Source: Eledone cirrhosa
Taxonomy: Eukaryota
Length of the DNA: 64,000 nucleotides
Direction: 5' to 3'
NCBI GenBank assembly: GCA_964016885.1
Contig: OZ024741.1
Coordinates: forward strand, 220,348,001-220,412,000
Shown piece by piece: positions 1 through 13,419 of the stretch. The notes below the pieces were generated by a model. The model was not told where the DNA came from. It worked only from the letters and a program-made list of their open reading frames with translations, and did not search any database. A program made the position numbers and the translations under genes. How positions within the stretch are numbered: the first letter of the stretch is position 1; each line of letters begins with the position of its first letter.

Positions 1-139
1 GAGAGAGATACAATTAAAGTTTTAGTTATTCAGAGAGAGAGAAGAGAGAGAGTCGAAGGGTAATGTGACACGGGAGGGGTGTGTGGTATCTTTGCAGTGG
101 AGCGGTGGCGCCAGCCGGACGGGCCAGATAGAATATATA

Positions 140-380
140 TAGCCTTAGTGGTAAGGTGTTGGATGTACGATGAATAATGTCGTGGGTTCGATTCCTTGTT
201 TGCATCTTGTGTTCATGAGCAAAACACTCCATTTCATGTTGCCTCCAGTGCAATCAGCTGAAAATGAGTACCAGCAATAGCTGGGGATTTAACGCTGCGA
301 TGCACTGGCGTACTGTCCAGAGAAGAATCTTGTACTCAGTCGCTTCACAACTTGAAACCGGGATAAGCACTGGCCCAAAT
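140..380 (+). mobile_element. tRNA-derived SINE, family 2 (CTTGAGCAAGACACTT-type core)
   Basis: A-box-like TAGTGGTAAGG, B-box GGTTCGATTCC, core catgagcaaaacactccatttcatgttgcctccagtg, 3' aaccgggataagc. Homologous copies at ~18735-18850(-), 20415-20535(-), 30583-30830, 32467-32700, 51482-51705, 60430-60620. Confidence 0.75.
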
Positions 381-417
381 CTAAAGTCTCTCTTTATATA
401 TATTTATTATTATTATC

Positions 418-580
418 ACGGTGGTGGATTGGCAGTATAGAGTTATGATCTGAGTTCAAATCCCGCCGAGGATAACTTGCCTTTAATCCTTACAGGGTCG
501 ATAAAATAAAGTACCAGTCACATACTGAGGTCTTTTCCATCCAAAATTGCTGGCCTTGTGCCTAAATTATAAACCATTAT
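418..580 (+). mobile_element. tRNA-derived SINE, family 1 (internally deleted copy)
   Basis: ggtggattggcagtat...gagttcaaatcccgccgagg...gggtcgataaaataaagtaccagt...gctggccttgtgcctaaa; shared with about 20 copies in the window. Confidence 0.8.
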
Positions 581-1204
581 TATGACTACGTGATGATTCT
601 TGTTATTCTGGAGTCTCATCTGGGTACTCGCAGAATCATCAAACAAGAATGACAATATTTTAAACTCTACTTCGATGTTGAGTACTCATTCTCACGTATG
701 TCGTTATCATATATATATATATATATATGTGTGTGAGTGTAAAACATTGTGTGTGAGTGTAAAAACATTGTGTGTGAGTGTAAAACATTGACAAACAGAC
801 AGATATCTTGGTAATTATGTAAAGAGTGTGTAACGAATGTGAACGAATGAGAAATTTCGAAAGAGTTTTATATATAAGGGCGGGGGGATGTAATTGAAAA
901 GGTATTGAAAACGTAATGTCTATATGTTTTAACAAGCGTGAAACTTTAATGAATGGCAAATAGAAACACGATTTAATGGAGTCGAAGGAATTCGAAAATA
1001 TGCAAGCCATGCAGAAATTATGCAGGTGCTTCGATGGGAAATCGTTCCTAAGATTCATGGCACGCTAATTATATAGATGCTAATTTGTTAACAGTATATT
1101 ATGTCGAGGATATTTATTACACTGAGTCGTCAATGAGTAATATAGACCCGAGTTCGTGTCATGCAGGATTCTGGCATTTGCATTTTATGAGCTAAATAAA
1201 CATC

Positions 1205-1381
1205 GCTCTCCGACAGGTTTGTGGTTTTACCCCTTCGCAGTGGAGACTTCTGGTGTCCTCAGCCCTAGGGCTACGTCCCCTACTCACCACCATTGGGGCT
1301 GAGCTGGCCAGCCGCTTGTGTGAGCCCCGTGAGTTGGAATGGCTTTTTCCAGCGCGTCTCCCTTGCCGTTCTCCGGGGAAA
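1205..1381 (+). mobile_element. 3' fragment of an RLE non-LTR retrotransposon (CRE-like)
   Basis: Frameshifted translation PFAVETSGVL...LTTIGAELASR.CEPRELEWLFQRVSLAVLRGN; near-identical peptide at 60107-60400(-). Confidence 0.7.
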
Positions 1382-1772
1382 CTGATCAGTCAGATGTTAT
1401 TAAACATGGTGTGGTTATGGTGATGTTCGGAAAGTCGATGCAATGGAAATTAGAATTCCATGAGTGAAAACTAGAGCACAGTAAAGTTAGAAAAACAATA
1501 TAAATCTACAATTTTCCCTTTTACCATATATTTCATGATATTTCCAAGTTAGGGCCTCTTTTTTTGTGTGTGAGAGTTTGTCTTTTGTAGGAATAAATAT
1601 GTTTTTAGAATATTTCACTTTAAAAAATTAAAAACTAGTGATCAGCATTTAAAACCGAGAAAACTAGAAGAACCAACGATAAATTGACTCTAATTAGAAA
1701 TTAAATAAAAAAAAAAAACATATTTTAAATACCGTGGAACATTTTAAAATAAATATAGTAAACAACCCTCCA

Positions 1773-2103
<331 letters not shown>

Positions 2104-2108
<5 letters not shown>

Positions 2109-2310
2109 AGAAAGTATGACCCCGACGGCAGAACTCAAGCCGTTTCGACGGCTATTTCTGAACTTTTTTTTTTTACTCCAGAAATAGCCGTCGAAACGGC
2201 TTGAGCTCTGCCGTCGGGGTCATACTTTCTCCTATTACCCACTCTACTACCCTAAGTACTGAGTACTCTGGTGCGTTATGGTCAATCTGGTTCCTTACCA
2301 CAACTCCTCC

Positions 2311-2314
<4 letters not shown>
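2104..2314 (+). mobile_element. Palindromic PLE pLTR-like remnant, family B (3' half of a hammerhead)
   Basis: Arms 2104-2160/2179-2235 around a T-rich spacer; GAAA-CGGC-loop-GCCG-TC-GGGGT; ~80-nt tail; (TA)n on both sides. Confidence 0.75.
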
Positions 2315-2363
<49 letters not shown>

Positions 2364-2754
2364 AGCAAAAGCAAAACGGAGAAACAAAAGTCGAAAACTT
2401 TATAAACAGAAAAAAAAAAATAATAATGGAAAAACTAGGAGAAAATGAGATGTAAATTTTTGTAGAAAAAAACAGAAAGCGAAGAATATGAATGATGAAT
2501 ACATGTCTTTAGTTTTTGCTACAATCCATCTTTTAACGTCTTTTGTGTTTGTAATTCTTCTGTCTATTATTTACACCGATTCCTTCTCTAATTTTCTCTC
2601 GCTTCCTTTAAATTACTCAGGTTTCATACTTATCAATTATTTTTTTTTTTTTACTTCGCTTCATTGAAGCTGCTGAAAATTATTTATTTATGCATGAACA
2701 GTACGTAGATTCAAATACTTCCACCATGATTTCTCTAGAGGTCAGCCTAATAAA

Positions 2755-3050
2755 ACTCAACATCAATATACTTATCATTATCATCATCATCAAAATTATC
2801 ATCATCATTATCATTATCATCATCACCATCATCATCATTACAATTATCATTATCACCATCATCACCATTGCCATCAACACCATTACCATTATCACCATCA
2901 CCATCATCATCATTACCAGCATCATCATTACCGTTATCACCATCACCATCATAATCATCATCATCATAATTATCATCATTATCATCATCATCATCATCAT
3001 TATTATTACCATTGTCACCATTACCATTATAATCAGTATTGTTATTATTT
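2755..3050. repeat. Degenerate (ATC/ACC)n microsatellite
   Basis: Visible trinucleotide periodicity. Confidence 0.9.
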
Positions 3051-3059
3051 CAATCACGT

Positions 3060-4105
3060 GAATTGGCAGTATCGGTAGAGGGTGGGACACCATACTTTAC
3101 ATCATAGAGTTACGTCCCTTACAGTCTGGGTTCAAATCTTACTGTGGTTTTCAACCTTTGCCTTTCCTCCTTACGGGGTCGATAAAATAAAGTACCAGTA
3201 ATACACTGGGATAATTGCTAGCCCTGTACTAAACGTAGAAATAATTACTTTAATCGCGTACATTTACGTTTTGAATTCAAATCCCACCAAGGTTAACTTT
3301 GCCTTTCATCCTTACAGGGTCGATAAAATAAAGTACCAGTAACGTACTGGGTTCAATTTAATCGACTTTCTTTCCCCAAAATTGTTAGTCTTGTGCTTAA
3401 ATCAGAAACCATGTGCGTTCAAATCTTGCTGAGTTTAGCTGTGCCTTAAGGGGTCAATGAAATAAGGAACCAATACCGCACTGCGGTCGATTTAATCGAC
3501 CACCCTGCCCCCCCAACAAAAAAATGGTTATCCTTGTACAAACCTTATATAAAGCCGGCGGCTTTACAGTATCGGAAGAACGTCGGACAACATGCTTTGT
3601 GGCATAGAGTTACGTCTCTTTACGTTCTGAGTTTAAATCCCGCTGAGGTTAGCTTTAACTTTCATCCTTACGGTAACGATACAATGAAGTACCAGTAATG
3701 TGCTGGAGTCAATTTACTCGACTTCCCCTCCCTTCAAATTGCTGGCGTTGTGCCCAGCACAGAAACAATTATCAATATCATCATTATTGTTAGTGGATTG
3801 GCAGTATAGGTAGAGGGTCGGACGCCATGCTTTCCAGCATAGTTACGTCCCTTTACGATCTGAGTTCAAATCCCGCCGAGGTTGACTTTGCCTTTCATCC
3901 TTACGGGGTCGATAAAATGAAGTACCAGTAATGCACTGGGGGTAATTGCTGGCCTTGTGCCAAAAGTAGAGACAATTATTGTTATTATTTTAACTGCGTA
4001 CATCTACGTTCTGAGTTCAAATCCCAAAGAGGCACACTTCGCCTTTTATCCATCTGTGATCGATAAACAAATGTACCAATCTATTAGTGGAATCGATATA
4101 ATTGA
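3060..4105 (+). mobile_element. Head-to-tail cluster of about 6 family-1 SINE copies
   Basis: Repeated ttcaaatccc...gtcgataaaataaagtaccagt...ggccttgtgc units at ~3060, 3260, 3415, 3555, 3793, 4000. Confidence 0.8.
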
Positions 4106-4114
4106 TTGTACTCT

Positions 4115-4290
4115 TGATGTTACACGTGGTGTTCAACATTTTGTAACAAAGTCACATTCACAAAAACGTTCTTTATGGTGATCTGCCACGTGTTTCATCC
4201 AAAGTTCGATCCCATCGATTGGTTCTTGCTGGTCATGTTTCCTCACTATGATGAACCTGCAAGGTAACTGCTTCTTTGCTCACTAGATGT
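4115..4290 (+). mobile_element. RTE-like LINE RT C-terminal fragment
   Basis: Translates MLHVVFNIL*QSHIHKNVLYGDLPRVSSKVRSHRLVLAGHV..EPAR*LLL, resembling the RTE 'LYG.LP.VS..IR.RRL.LAGH' motif. Confidence 0.55.
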
Positions 4291-4299
4291 AACCTACAT

Positions 4300-4935
4300 C
4301 CCCAACTAGGACAACAACAACAACAACTATAGCCTCAGTGAGGAAAACAACAACAACAGCAACTACAGCCCTAACTAGGACAACATCAACAACAACTATA
4401 GCCTCAGTGAGGAAAATAACAACAACAGCAACTACAGCCCCAACTAGGACAACAACAACAACTATAGCCTCAGTGAGGAAAACAACAACAACAGCAACTA
4501 TAGCCCCAACTAGGACAACAACAACAACTATAGCCCCAGTGAGGAAAACAACAACAACAGCAACTATAGCCCCAACTAGGACAACAACAACAACTATAGC
4601 CTCAGTGAGGAAAACAACAACAACAGCAACTATAGCCCCAACTAGGACAACAACAACAACTATAGCCTCAGTGAGGAAAACAACAACAACAGCAACTATA
4701 GCCCCAACTAGGACAACAACAACAACAACTATAGCCTCAGTGAGGAAAACAACAACAACAGCAACTATAGCCCCAACTAGGACAACAACAACAACAACTA
4801 TAGCCTCAGTGAGGAAAACAACAACAACAGCAACTATAGCCCCAACTAGGACAACAACAACAACAACTATAGCCCCAGTGAGGAAAACAACAACAACAGC
4901 AACTATAGCCCCAACTAGGACAACAACAACAATTA
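4300..4935 (+). repeat. Minisatellite, 66-69 bp unit, ~9.5 copies
   Basis: Unit gccccaactaggac(aac)n tatagcctcagtgaggaaa(aca)n gcaactata; length varies only by AAC triplets. Confidence 0.9.
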
Positions 4936-5044
4936 TAGCAACAATAACTAAAACAACAACAAATGAAATGATTATAAAAAAAATTATTGGAAATTTGAAG
5001 GAGGAAAGAAAATATCTTTATATTGGGTAATAGATATTGGTTAG

Positions 5045-7315
5045 TGTTGTTGTGGTGGTGGTGGTGGTGGTGGGTGTGGTGTGGTGGTGGTGGTGGTGGG
5101 TGTGTTGTGGTGGTGGTGGTGGTGGTGATGGATGTGGTGTGGTAGTGGTGGTGGGTGTGGTGTGGTGTGGTGTGGTGGTGGTGGTGGTGGGTGTGGTGTG
5201 GTTTGGTGGTGGTGGTGGTGGTGGTGGGTGTGGTGTGGTTTGGTGGTGGTGGTGGTGGTGGTGGGTGTGGTGTGGTGGTGGTCATGGTAGTGTGGTGATG
5301 TGGTATTGCTTGTAGTAGTGATGATGATGGTGGTGGTAGTGGTGTGGTGTGGTGGTGATGGGTGTGGGTGTGGTGTGGTGGCGGTGGTGGTGGGTGTGGT
5401 GTGGTGTGGTGGTGGGGGTGGGGGTGGTATGGTGTGGTGGTGGTTTTTTGTGGTGGTCATGGTAGTGTGGTGATGTAGTATTGCTTGTAGTAGTGATGAT
5501 GATGGTGGTGGTAGTGGTGTGGTGGTGTGGTGGTGTGTTGTGGTGGTGGTGGTGTGTTGTGGTGGTTGTGGTGTGGTGGTTGGGTATTGGTTGTAGTAGT
5601 GGTGGTGGTGTTGGTGTTTGTAATAATGGTGGTGATTGTGGGGGGTATAGGTGGTGGTTGTGGGGTGTATAGGTGGTGGTGGTGTTGTTGGGAGTAGAGG
5701 TGGTGGCAGTGAGGCGTAGTAATGTTGGAGCGGAGAGGTGGTGGTGGTGTCGTAGTGCCGTTGTATGTGGAAACAAAGGTGTTGGTGGTAGTGAGGGGGT
5801 GGTGGTGGTGTGGTGGTGTGGTAGTGGTGGTGGTAGTGGTGGTGGTGAGGGTGGTAGTAGTGGTGTTAGTGGTGGTGTGGTGGTGTGATGGTGATAATGG
5901 TGGTGGTGGTGTCGGCTAGGTGTTGTTGGTAGTGAGGGTGGTGTGGTAGTGGTGGTGGTGCTGATGGTGGTGGTGGTGTTGTCGACTAGGTGTTGGTGGT
6001 AGTGGGGGTAGTGGTGGTGGTGTAGTGGTGGTGGTGTAGTGCTGTTGATGGTGGTGGTGGTGGTGTGGTGGTGTGGTGGTGTGGTGGCGTCGACTAGGTG
6101 TAGGTGGTAGTGAGGGTGGTAGTGGTGGTGGTGTGGTGCTGTTAATGGTGGTGGTGGTGGTGTGGTGGTGTCGGCTAGGTGTTGGTGGTAGTGAGGGTGG
6201 TAGTGGTGGTGGTGTGGTGCTGTTGATGGTGGTGGTGGTTTGGTGTGGTGGTGTCGACTAGGTGCTGGTGGTAGTGAGGGTGGTGTGGTAGTGGTAGTGG
6301 TGTTGACGGTGGTGTCGACTAGGTGTTGGTAGTAGTGAGGGTGGTGGTGGTGGTGGTGTGGTGCTGTTGATGGTGGTGGTGGTGGTGTGGTGGTGTCGGC
6401 TAGGGGTTGGTGGTAGTGAGGGTGGTAGTGGTGGTGGTGTGGTGCTGTTGATGGTGGTGGTGGTGGTGGTGGTGGTGGTGGTGGTGGTGTGGTGTCGTCT
6501 AGGTGTAGGTGGTAGTGAGGGTGGTAGTTGTGGTGATGTGGTGCTGTTGATAGTGGTGGTGGTGGTGTGGTGGTGTCGACTAGGTGTTGGTGGTAGTGAG
6601 GGTGGTAGTGGTGGTGGTGTGGTGGTGTCGACTAGGTGTTGGGGGTAGTGAGGGTGTTGTGGTAGTGGTGGTGTGGTGGTGTCGGCTAGGTGTAGGTGGT
6701 AGTGAGGGTGGTAGTGGTGGTGGTAGTGGTGTTGATGGTGGTAGTGTCGTCAAGGTGTAGGTGTTGTAGTGCGGGTGGTGTGGTAGTGGTAGTGGTGTTG
6801 ATGGTGGTGGTGTCGTCAAGGTGTAGGTGGTAGTGAGGGTGGTGTGGTAGTGGTAGTGGTTATGATGGTGGTAGTGTCGTCAAGGTGTAGGTGTTGTAGT
6901 GAGGGTGGTGTGGTAGTGGTAGTGGTGTTGATGGTGGTAGTGTCGTCAAGGTGTAGGTGGTAGTGAGGGTGGTGTGGTAGTGGTAGTGGTGTTGAAGGTG
7001 GTAGTGTCGTCAAGGTGTAGGTGGTAGTGAGGGTGGTGTGGTAGTGGTAGTGGTGTTGATGGTGGTGGTGACGTCAAGGTGTAGGTGGTAGTGAGGGTGG
7101 TGTGGTAGTGGTAGTGGTGTTGATGGTGGTGGTGTCGTCAAGGTGTAGGTGTTGTAGTGCGGCTGGTGTGGTAGTGGTAGTGGTAGTGGTGTTGATGGTG
7201 GTGGTGTCGTCAAGGTGTAGGTGTTGTAGTGCGGCTGGTGTGGTAGTGGTAGTCGTGTTGATGGTGGTGGTGTCGTCAAGGTGTAGGTGTTGTAGTGCGG
7301 CTGTATGTGGAAACT
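5045..7315. repeat. Complex (GGT)n-based compound satellite
   Basis: G/T-only tract with recurring gtcgactaggtgttggtggtagtgaggg and gtcgtcaaggtgtaggtg sub-units. Confidence 0.9.
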
Positions 7316-7439
7316 AAGGTGTTCTCTCAATTGGATTATCGAGAAATTCTAAAGGTGTCACACAACATTTACTAAAGGCTTTTTCTCATTCTCTAATTTC
7401 CCTAATCCCTCACAGATGATGAAACATGAGAACTTGTTA

Positions 7440-8575
7440 TCGTCATCATCATCATCCATGGTATTATCATCGCTCTTCTCCCCCCTCTCCCATCACCATG
7501 GCATTGTCATCTCTCGTCTCCTCCCCATCACCATGGTTACCGGCCATCATCATCATGGTATTGTCATCGCTCGTCTCCTCCTCTCCCACCTTCCTCCCCG
7601 TCATCATGGTATTGTCTTCGCTCGTCTCCTCCCCTTCCTCCTCCTACTTCTCCTCCTCCTCCCCGTCATCATGGTATTGTCATCGCTCGTCTCCTCCCCC
7701 ATCACCATGGTTACCGGCCATCATCATCATGGTATTGTCATCGCTCGTCTCCTCCTCTCCCCCCTTCCTCCCCGTCATCATAGTATTGTCTTCGCTCGTC
7801 TCCTCCCCTTCCTCCTCCTACTTCTCCTCCTCCTCCCCGTCATCATGGTATTGTCATCGCTCGTCTCCTCCCCCATCACCATGGTTACCAGCCATCATCA
7901 TCATGGTATTGTCATCGCTCGTCTCCTCCTCTCCCACCTTCCTCCCCGTCATCATGGTATTGTCTTCGCTCGTCTCCTCCCCTTCCTCCTCCTACTTCTC
8001 CTCCTCCTCCCCGTCATCATGGTATTGTCATCGCTCGTCTCCTCCCCCATCACCATGGTTACCGGCCATCATCATCATGGTATTGTCATCGCTCGTCTCC
8101 TCCTCTCCCCCCTTCCTCCCCGTCATCATGGTATTGTCTTCGCTCGTCTCCTCCCCTTCCTCCTCCTACTACTCCTCCTCCTCCCCGTCATCATGGCATT
8201 GTCATCGCTCGTCTCCTCCACTCCCTCCTCCTCCCCGTCATCATGGTATTGTCATCGCTCATCTCCTCCTCTCCCTCCTCCTCCTCCCCGTCATCATGGT
8301 ATTGTCATCGCTCATCTCCTCCTCTCCCTCCTCCTCCCCCCCGTCATCATGGCATTGTCATCGCTCGTCTCCTCCACTCCCTCCTCCTCCCCGTCATCAT
8401 GGCATTGTCATCGCTCATCTCCTCCTCTCCCTCCTCCCCCCCCCGTCATCATGGTATTGTCATCGCTCATCTCCTCCTCATCTTCATCGTCAACATCATA
8501 TCGTTATCGTCATCATCATCATCATCATCATCATTGTACCAGCGCCATCATCGTCATCTCCACCACCATCACCAT
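7440..8575. repeat. Hierarchical minisatellite (~177-bp unit built from ~45-60-bp subunits)
   Basis: Recurring cccgtcatcatggtattgtcatcgctcgtctcctcc; 59-aa periodicity in the ORF track. Confidence 0.9.
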
Positions 8576-8589
8576 CTTTGTACTCTTGC

Positions 8590-8722
8590 GGGGTGGATTG
8601 GCAGTATCGGTAGAGGGTCGGACGCCATGCTTAGCAGCACAGTTACGTCGCTTTACGGACCGAGTTCAAATACCAGTAATGTACTGGTTGATTGCTGGCC
8701 TTGTGCCAAAACTAGAAACAAT
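8590..8722 (+). mobile_element. Family-1 SINE (deleted)
   Basis: ggtggattggcagtatcggtagagggtcggacgccatgc...gagttcaaa. Confidence 0.75.
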
Positions 8723-8889
8723 TGTCAGTATTAATATCTGCAGCAGCAACAGCAACACTAGTAACCGATGTTACTGGCCTTGAAAAACAAAAGGGGGACA
8801 TTAAAACAAAAGTCAGACATTCAAACATTACAATGAAACTTATGTTTATTTCTTTATGTTTTTATTTATTTATTTGTTTATTTATTTAT

Positions 8890-11800
8890 GTTCGTCTACA
8901 GCGTGATGGTGCCACGCTAAAATCACTGGGGGTGATGAAATCACCGGTGGTTATGTAACCATACATTCACCAATCCTCGATATGAGTGTTTAAATGCCGA
9001 AACTAAACAGTTCGATTAATGGTGAAAAGGAGACTTGAATGTCATGTGAAAGACTCTCACCCAGCAAGTGCTCCCTGGCCCAGCAGCAGGGACCTTGCTG
9101 TCATCCAAATACTGTTGGTGTTGGAGGAAGAGGAAGGAAAGGGACAAGAACCAACTGGACGAAAGAATTGAATAGAACTGTCATGAAATGTTACCTGATG
9201 AGTAACCCCATGGAAAAGGCTATAGGAAACGGATGCATAACATCTGGAACGAGATTGGTCTATTTAAATTAGATGAACAAAAATTGGCCCGGCAGGCTCG
9301 GGTAATAAGAACTAATGGATGGATAAGCTAGTTGGAACAGGAGGAACTGAGCAGAGAGATTAAGTTGGAAATGGAGAGTGGAATATGTCAGGCAAACGAG
9401 TCAGTGGGAAATGAAGGTGAAGAGGAAGCATCGGAAGCAGACAATGATCTGAATGCTGAAAGAAATAACATCTGGAACAAAGATACGGCCATTGAGGAAA
9501 TGAATGCTGACGGGCTAAGGCAAGATTTGGTTGAAATCCCGAACTTAGTGGTAGATGAAATGAACAATGATAGTGGAAAACCTATGAACCTAAGATTTGT
9601 AGACAGGAAAAAGTTAAAAGAAACAACAGCTAAGGTAAACAAAGTCATCCCATACCTTAAGGCGAGGAACCTTCACCAATGCAACAATATCCTCAAAGCA
9701 ACCGCAAATGCGGTGAGGAAATTACTTGGCATAAAAACGAGAGGAAACAACAAACAAGAAAGATCAGAACTTTGGTGGAAGAAACGACTGAATGGTCAAA
9801 TCAAGGGAATGAGAAAAGACATTGGAAAGCTTGAGTCATTACTGAATGGGACATTACAAAACATAGACACTAAAGATAGATTGGAAATAAAATACAAAAC
9901 TAGGGGGAAAAAGCTAAATATTATCATAGAGGAACTGAAGCAACGCATTGTAGCAAAAGGTGCAAAGATTAGGCAGTATGAGAACAGAGTCAGTCAGTAT
10001 AGACAGAACCGCATGTTTGACAATAACCAGAAGATGTTGTTTGGACAGCTTGAAGGGAAAGAAAGAGGCAACGACTTGACCCCTGAGGCGGAACAGACTG
10101 AGACATTCTGGAGAGGAATGTGGGAGCAGGATGTTGAACATAATTGTCAGGCAGCGTGGATTTAGACAGTTGAAAATGAGATTAGTGAACAAGCACACCA
10201 ACAACTTGATTTGAGTATCACAGTTGAAACTCTTAAAGGGCAGGCCAAAAACTAACCAACTGGAAATCACCAGGTGTGCAAGGGTATTGGATTAAAAATA
10301 TAACTTCCCTCCACCCGAAACTGACAACCATGTTCAATGACTGCTTGATGTCGGGTGAAGTACCAGAGTAGTTGACAAAAGGTACCATAGTTCTGGTAAT
10401 GAAAGACCGAATCGAGGGTAATGATGTTACCAACTATAGACCTATCACATGTCTGTCCGTAATGTGGAAACTGTTGACAAGCATTGTGTCTGAGGAAATC
10501 TACCATCACCTCCACATCATAAACTCGTTACCGGACGAACAGAAAGGATGCCGAAAGATTTCCGTGGTACAAAAGACCAGTTACTTATTGATAAGATGGT
10601 AATGAGGAATTGCAGGAGGAGGCACACTGGTCTGGCCATGGGATGGATAGATTGAAAAAGGCATTCGACATGGTACCTCATTCTTGGATAACCAAAAGCC
10701 TAGAGATCTTCAAGGTGGCAGATAACATCAGACAGTTGTTGAGCAAAAGTATGAAGTGCTGGGAAACAGAATTAACATCATGTGGATAATCCTTGGGAGG
10801 CCTGAAGATCAAGAGGGGTATCTTCCAGGGAGATAGTTTGTCCCCTCTGCTGTTTGTCCTTGCCCTGATACCCCTGACCGTTATATTGCGAAAAGTGAGA
10901 GCAGGATACAAGTTTGGAAAAGGAGAGCTTACCATCAACTACATCCTCTTCATGGACGATCTTAAACTCTTTGGGAAGTGTGAGAAGGAGTTGGATGTAC
11001 TTGTTGACGCTGTCCGTATTTTCAGCAATGTATGGAATTTGGTATTAATAAGTGTGGAGTCCTAGTGATGAAGAGGGTAAATTGATCAGAATCAACGGAA
11101 TCCAGGTACCAACAGGTGAGATGATAAAGGAAATTGACACTGAAGAGGGTTACAAGTATTTAGGTGTTCTGGAGGCAGATGACACCAAGAACAAAAAAAT
11201 GAAGGAATTGATAAGATCTGAGTGTTTAAGGAGAGTAAGGAGCGTATTAAAATCACATCTAAATAGTAGGAATGTCATAAGTGCAGTGAATTCCCGAGCT
11301 TTGTCTATTATTAGGTACAGTGCGGGAATTCTGAAATTGAATGTTGCTGAACAAAAAGAAATGGATAGGAAGACTAGGAAGCTATTGACTATCTACAACA
11401 TGTTCCACAAGAGGAGTGATGTCGATAGACTCTACTTAAAGAGATCTGAAGGTGGAAGAGGTCTTATAAGCATAGAGGACTGAGTTCAGATGGAGAAAAA
11501 CAACTAGCACAAATATGTGACAGACAGTAGAGAGCCAATGCTCAAAATTGTACTGAAGGAGAAGATAATAGACTAGGGGATGTCCAAGGAGGAAATAACA
11601 ACAAGGAGGAAGAGCAACCTTCATGAAAAATCCCTTAATAGCACCTTCTTTAAGAAAATTGAATTTAGAGATCCACAGACATGGAACTGGTTAAAAAGAG
11701 GAAACCTTAAAAAAGCTACAGAAGGAATGCTAATGGCTGCACAAGAGCAAGCCCTCGGAACGAAGTGGGTGAAACACCATATTTACAAGGAGGAGGCTAG

Positions 11801-12472
11801 CTCACTGTGTAGGATCTGTGGAGAGAGTAGACTGTGACTCACGTTGTATCCGAGTGTAAACACTAGCCCAGACTCACTATAAAGGCTGGAAACATGATGT
11901 GATAGGCACGGTGATCCACTGGCATCTATGCAAAGTAAACAATTTACTACATTCTGAGAAGTGGTATGAGCATAAGCCAGAGTCGGTAATAGAAAACGAT
12001 CAGGTGAAGGTGCTATGGGATTTTAGGATACAGATGGACAAGAAATTAGAACACAATAGGCCTGACCTGGTGGTTTGGACAAGGAAAAACGATCGTGCCT
12101 GATTGTAGATGTAGCCTGCCCATTTGACACGAGAGTGCAAGAAAGGGAGAGGGAGAAATCAACCGATATCAGGACATAAAGTGGGATTTAAAAAGGATTT
12201 GGAACTGCCATGAAATCAAGGTCGTCCCGATTGTCATAGGCGCACAAGGTACTATCTCAAAGAGTTTCCAAGGATGGTTAAAGAAGATTAGTCCAGCCCC
12301 GCTTTTTAGAACACTTCAAAAGGCATGCTTGCTGGGAACAGCAAGAACCCTCCGATACGTCCTGAATATCTGAGGCTGCAGGTAGTGGCTTGATATTCAT
12401 TTCAACAAACTTTCCAGTTAAATAACATCACTGACTGAGACTCAAAGAACAATAATAATAATAATAATAATA
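8890..12472 (+). mobile_element. Near full-length degenerate R4/Dong-like non-LTR retrotransposon (RT + CCHC + restriction-like endonuclease)
   Basis: Frameshifted ORF pieces: RTNWTKELNRTVMKCY, NYRPITCLS, GIFQGDSLSPLLF, ILFMDDLKLF, YKYLGVLE, RLYLKRSEGGRGL, CRICG..HVVSEC, WDFRIQ..HNRPD..DVACP. (AAT)n tail at 12450-12472; (TTTA)n upstream. Confidence 0.9.
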
Positions 12473-12959
12473 AAAATAAATATCATTACTATTTGTGTGT
12501 AATCGAATTTCCATTTTAAAGAGTGTATTGGGTTCTTCATATGGGAATGGAGTGGAGAGCATTATTCATTATTGAATTGATTAGCTATTTGAGAATTATC
12601 GTGAAACATAATTAATTATTGAGAAATTTCCTGAGATTCATGCCATATCGATCTTTTAGAAAAGAAAGATTTACTGTTTTGTTTCGAACGAAAATATTGA
12701 GTGTGATAACGTTTTGTCTTTTTTACTTTTATCCATTTATTCTGAAACTTATGGCATCTCGAATTAAATAGAATAGAGATTAATTGAACACATATCTTTA
12801 TTAGTTTAAATCGTTATCATTGGTGGCAGTGGTGAGCGTTGTGAGAAGAAGAGCGGTCAACATTCATTGAGAGAGATGAAGAAATAATTATTTTCTATTT
12901 GCCCACAAATATTACACAGCTTCAAATTCTGTGTCTGGATTTCTTTTCTTTATTCTATA

Positions 12960-13342
12960 GGGTTGGCAGTATCGGTAGAGCGTCAGACGCCATGCTTTGA
13001 CGCATAGAGTCACGGCCCTTGCCATTCTGAGTTCAAATCCCGCCGAGGTTAACTTTGCCTTTCATCCTTACGGGGTCGATAAAATAAAGTACCAGTAATG
13101 CACCGGGTAATTCATGGCCTTGTGCCAAATGTAGAAACAATTATTTGATCTATCTAAGAGCGGTGGATTGGCAGTATCGGTATAGAGTCGGACGCATGCT
13201 TTCCAGCATAGAGTTATGTCCCTTTACGGACTGAGTTCAAATCCTGCCGAGGCTAACTTTGCCTTTCATCCTTACGGGGTTGATAAAATAACTTACCAGT
13301 AATGTATTTGTTGGCCTTGTGCCAAAAGTAGAAACAATTATT
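12960..13342 (+). mobile_element. Two tandem family-1 SINE copies
   Basis: Units ~12960-13143 and 13159-13342, each with A/B boxes and core. Confidence 0.85.
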
Positions 13343-13419
13343 TGATCTATCGTGTGTTTCTTGATCTAAATTTCTTGTATTTCTTGGTCTCAGTTTCTTG
13401 AATTACTTGATCTATATTT

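Noticed and set aside
4300-4935. CRISPR-like regular repeats (also 13420-13830 and 48441-48655)
   Set aside because: No unique spacers, no cas genes, eukaryotic context; ordinary minisatellites.
7416-8783. 455-aa and 395-aa ORFs
   Set aside because: Translation of a minisatellite plus SINE, open in several frames, with no domain motif.
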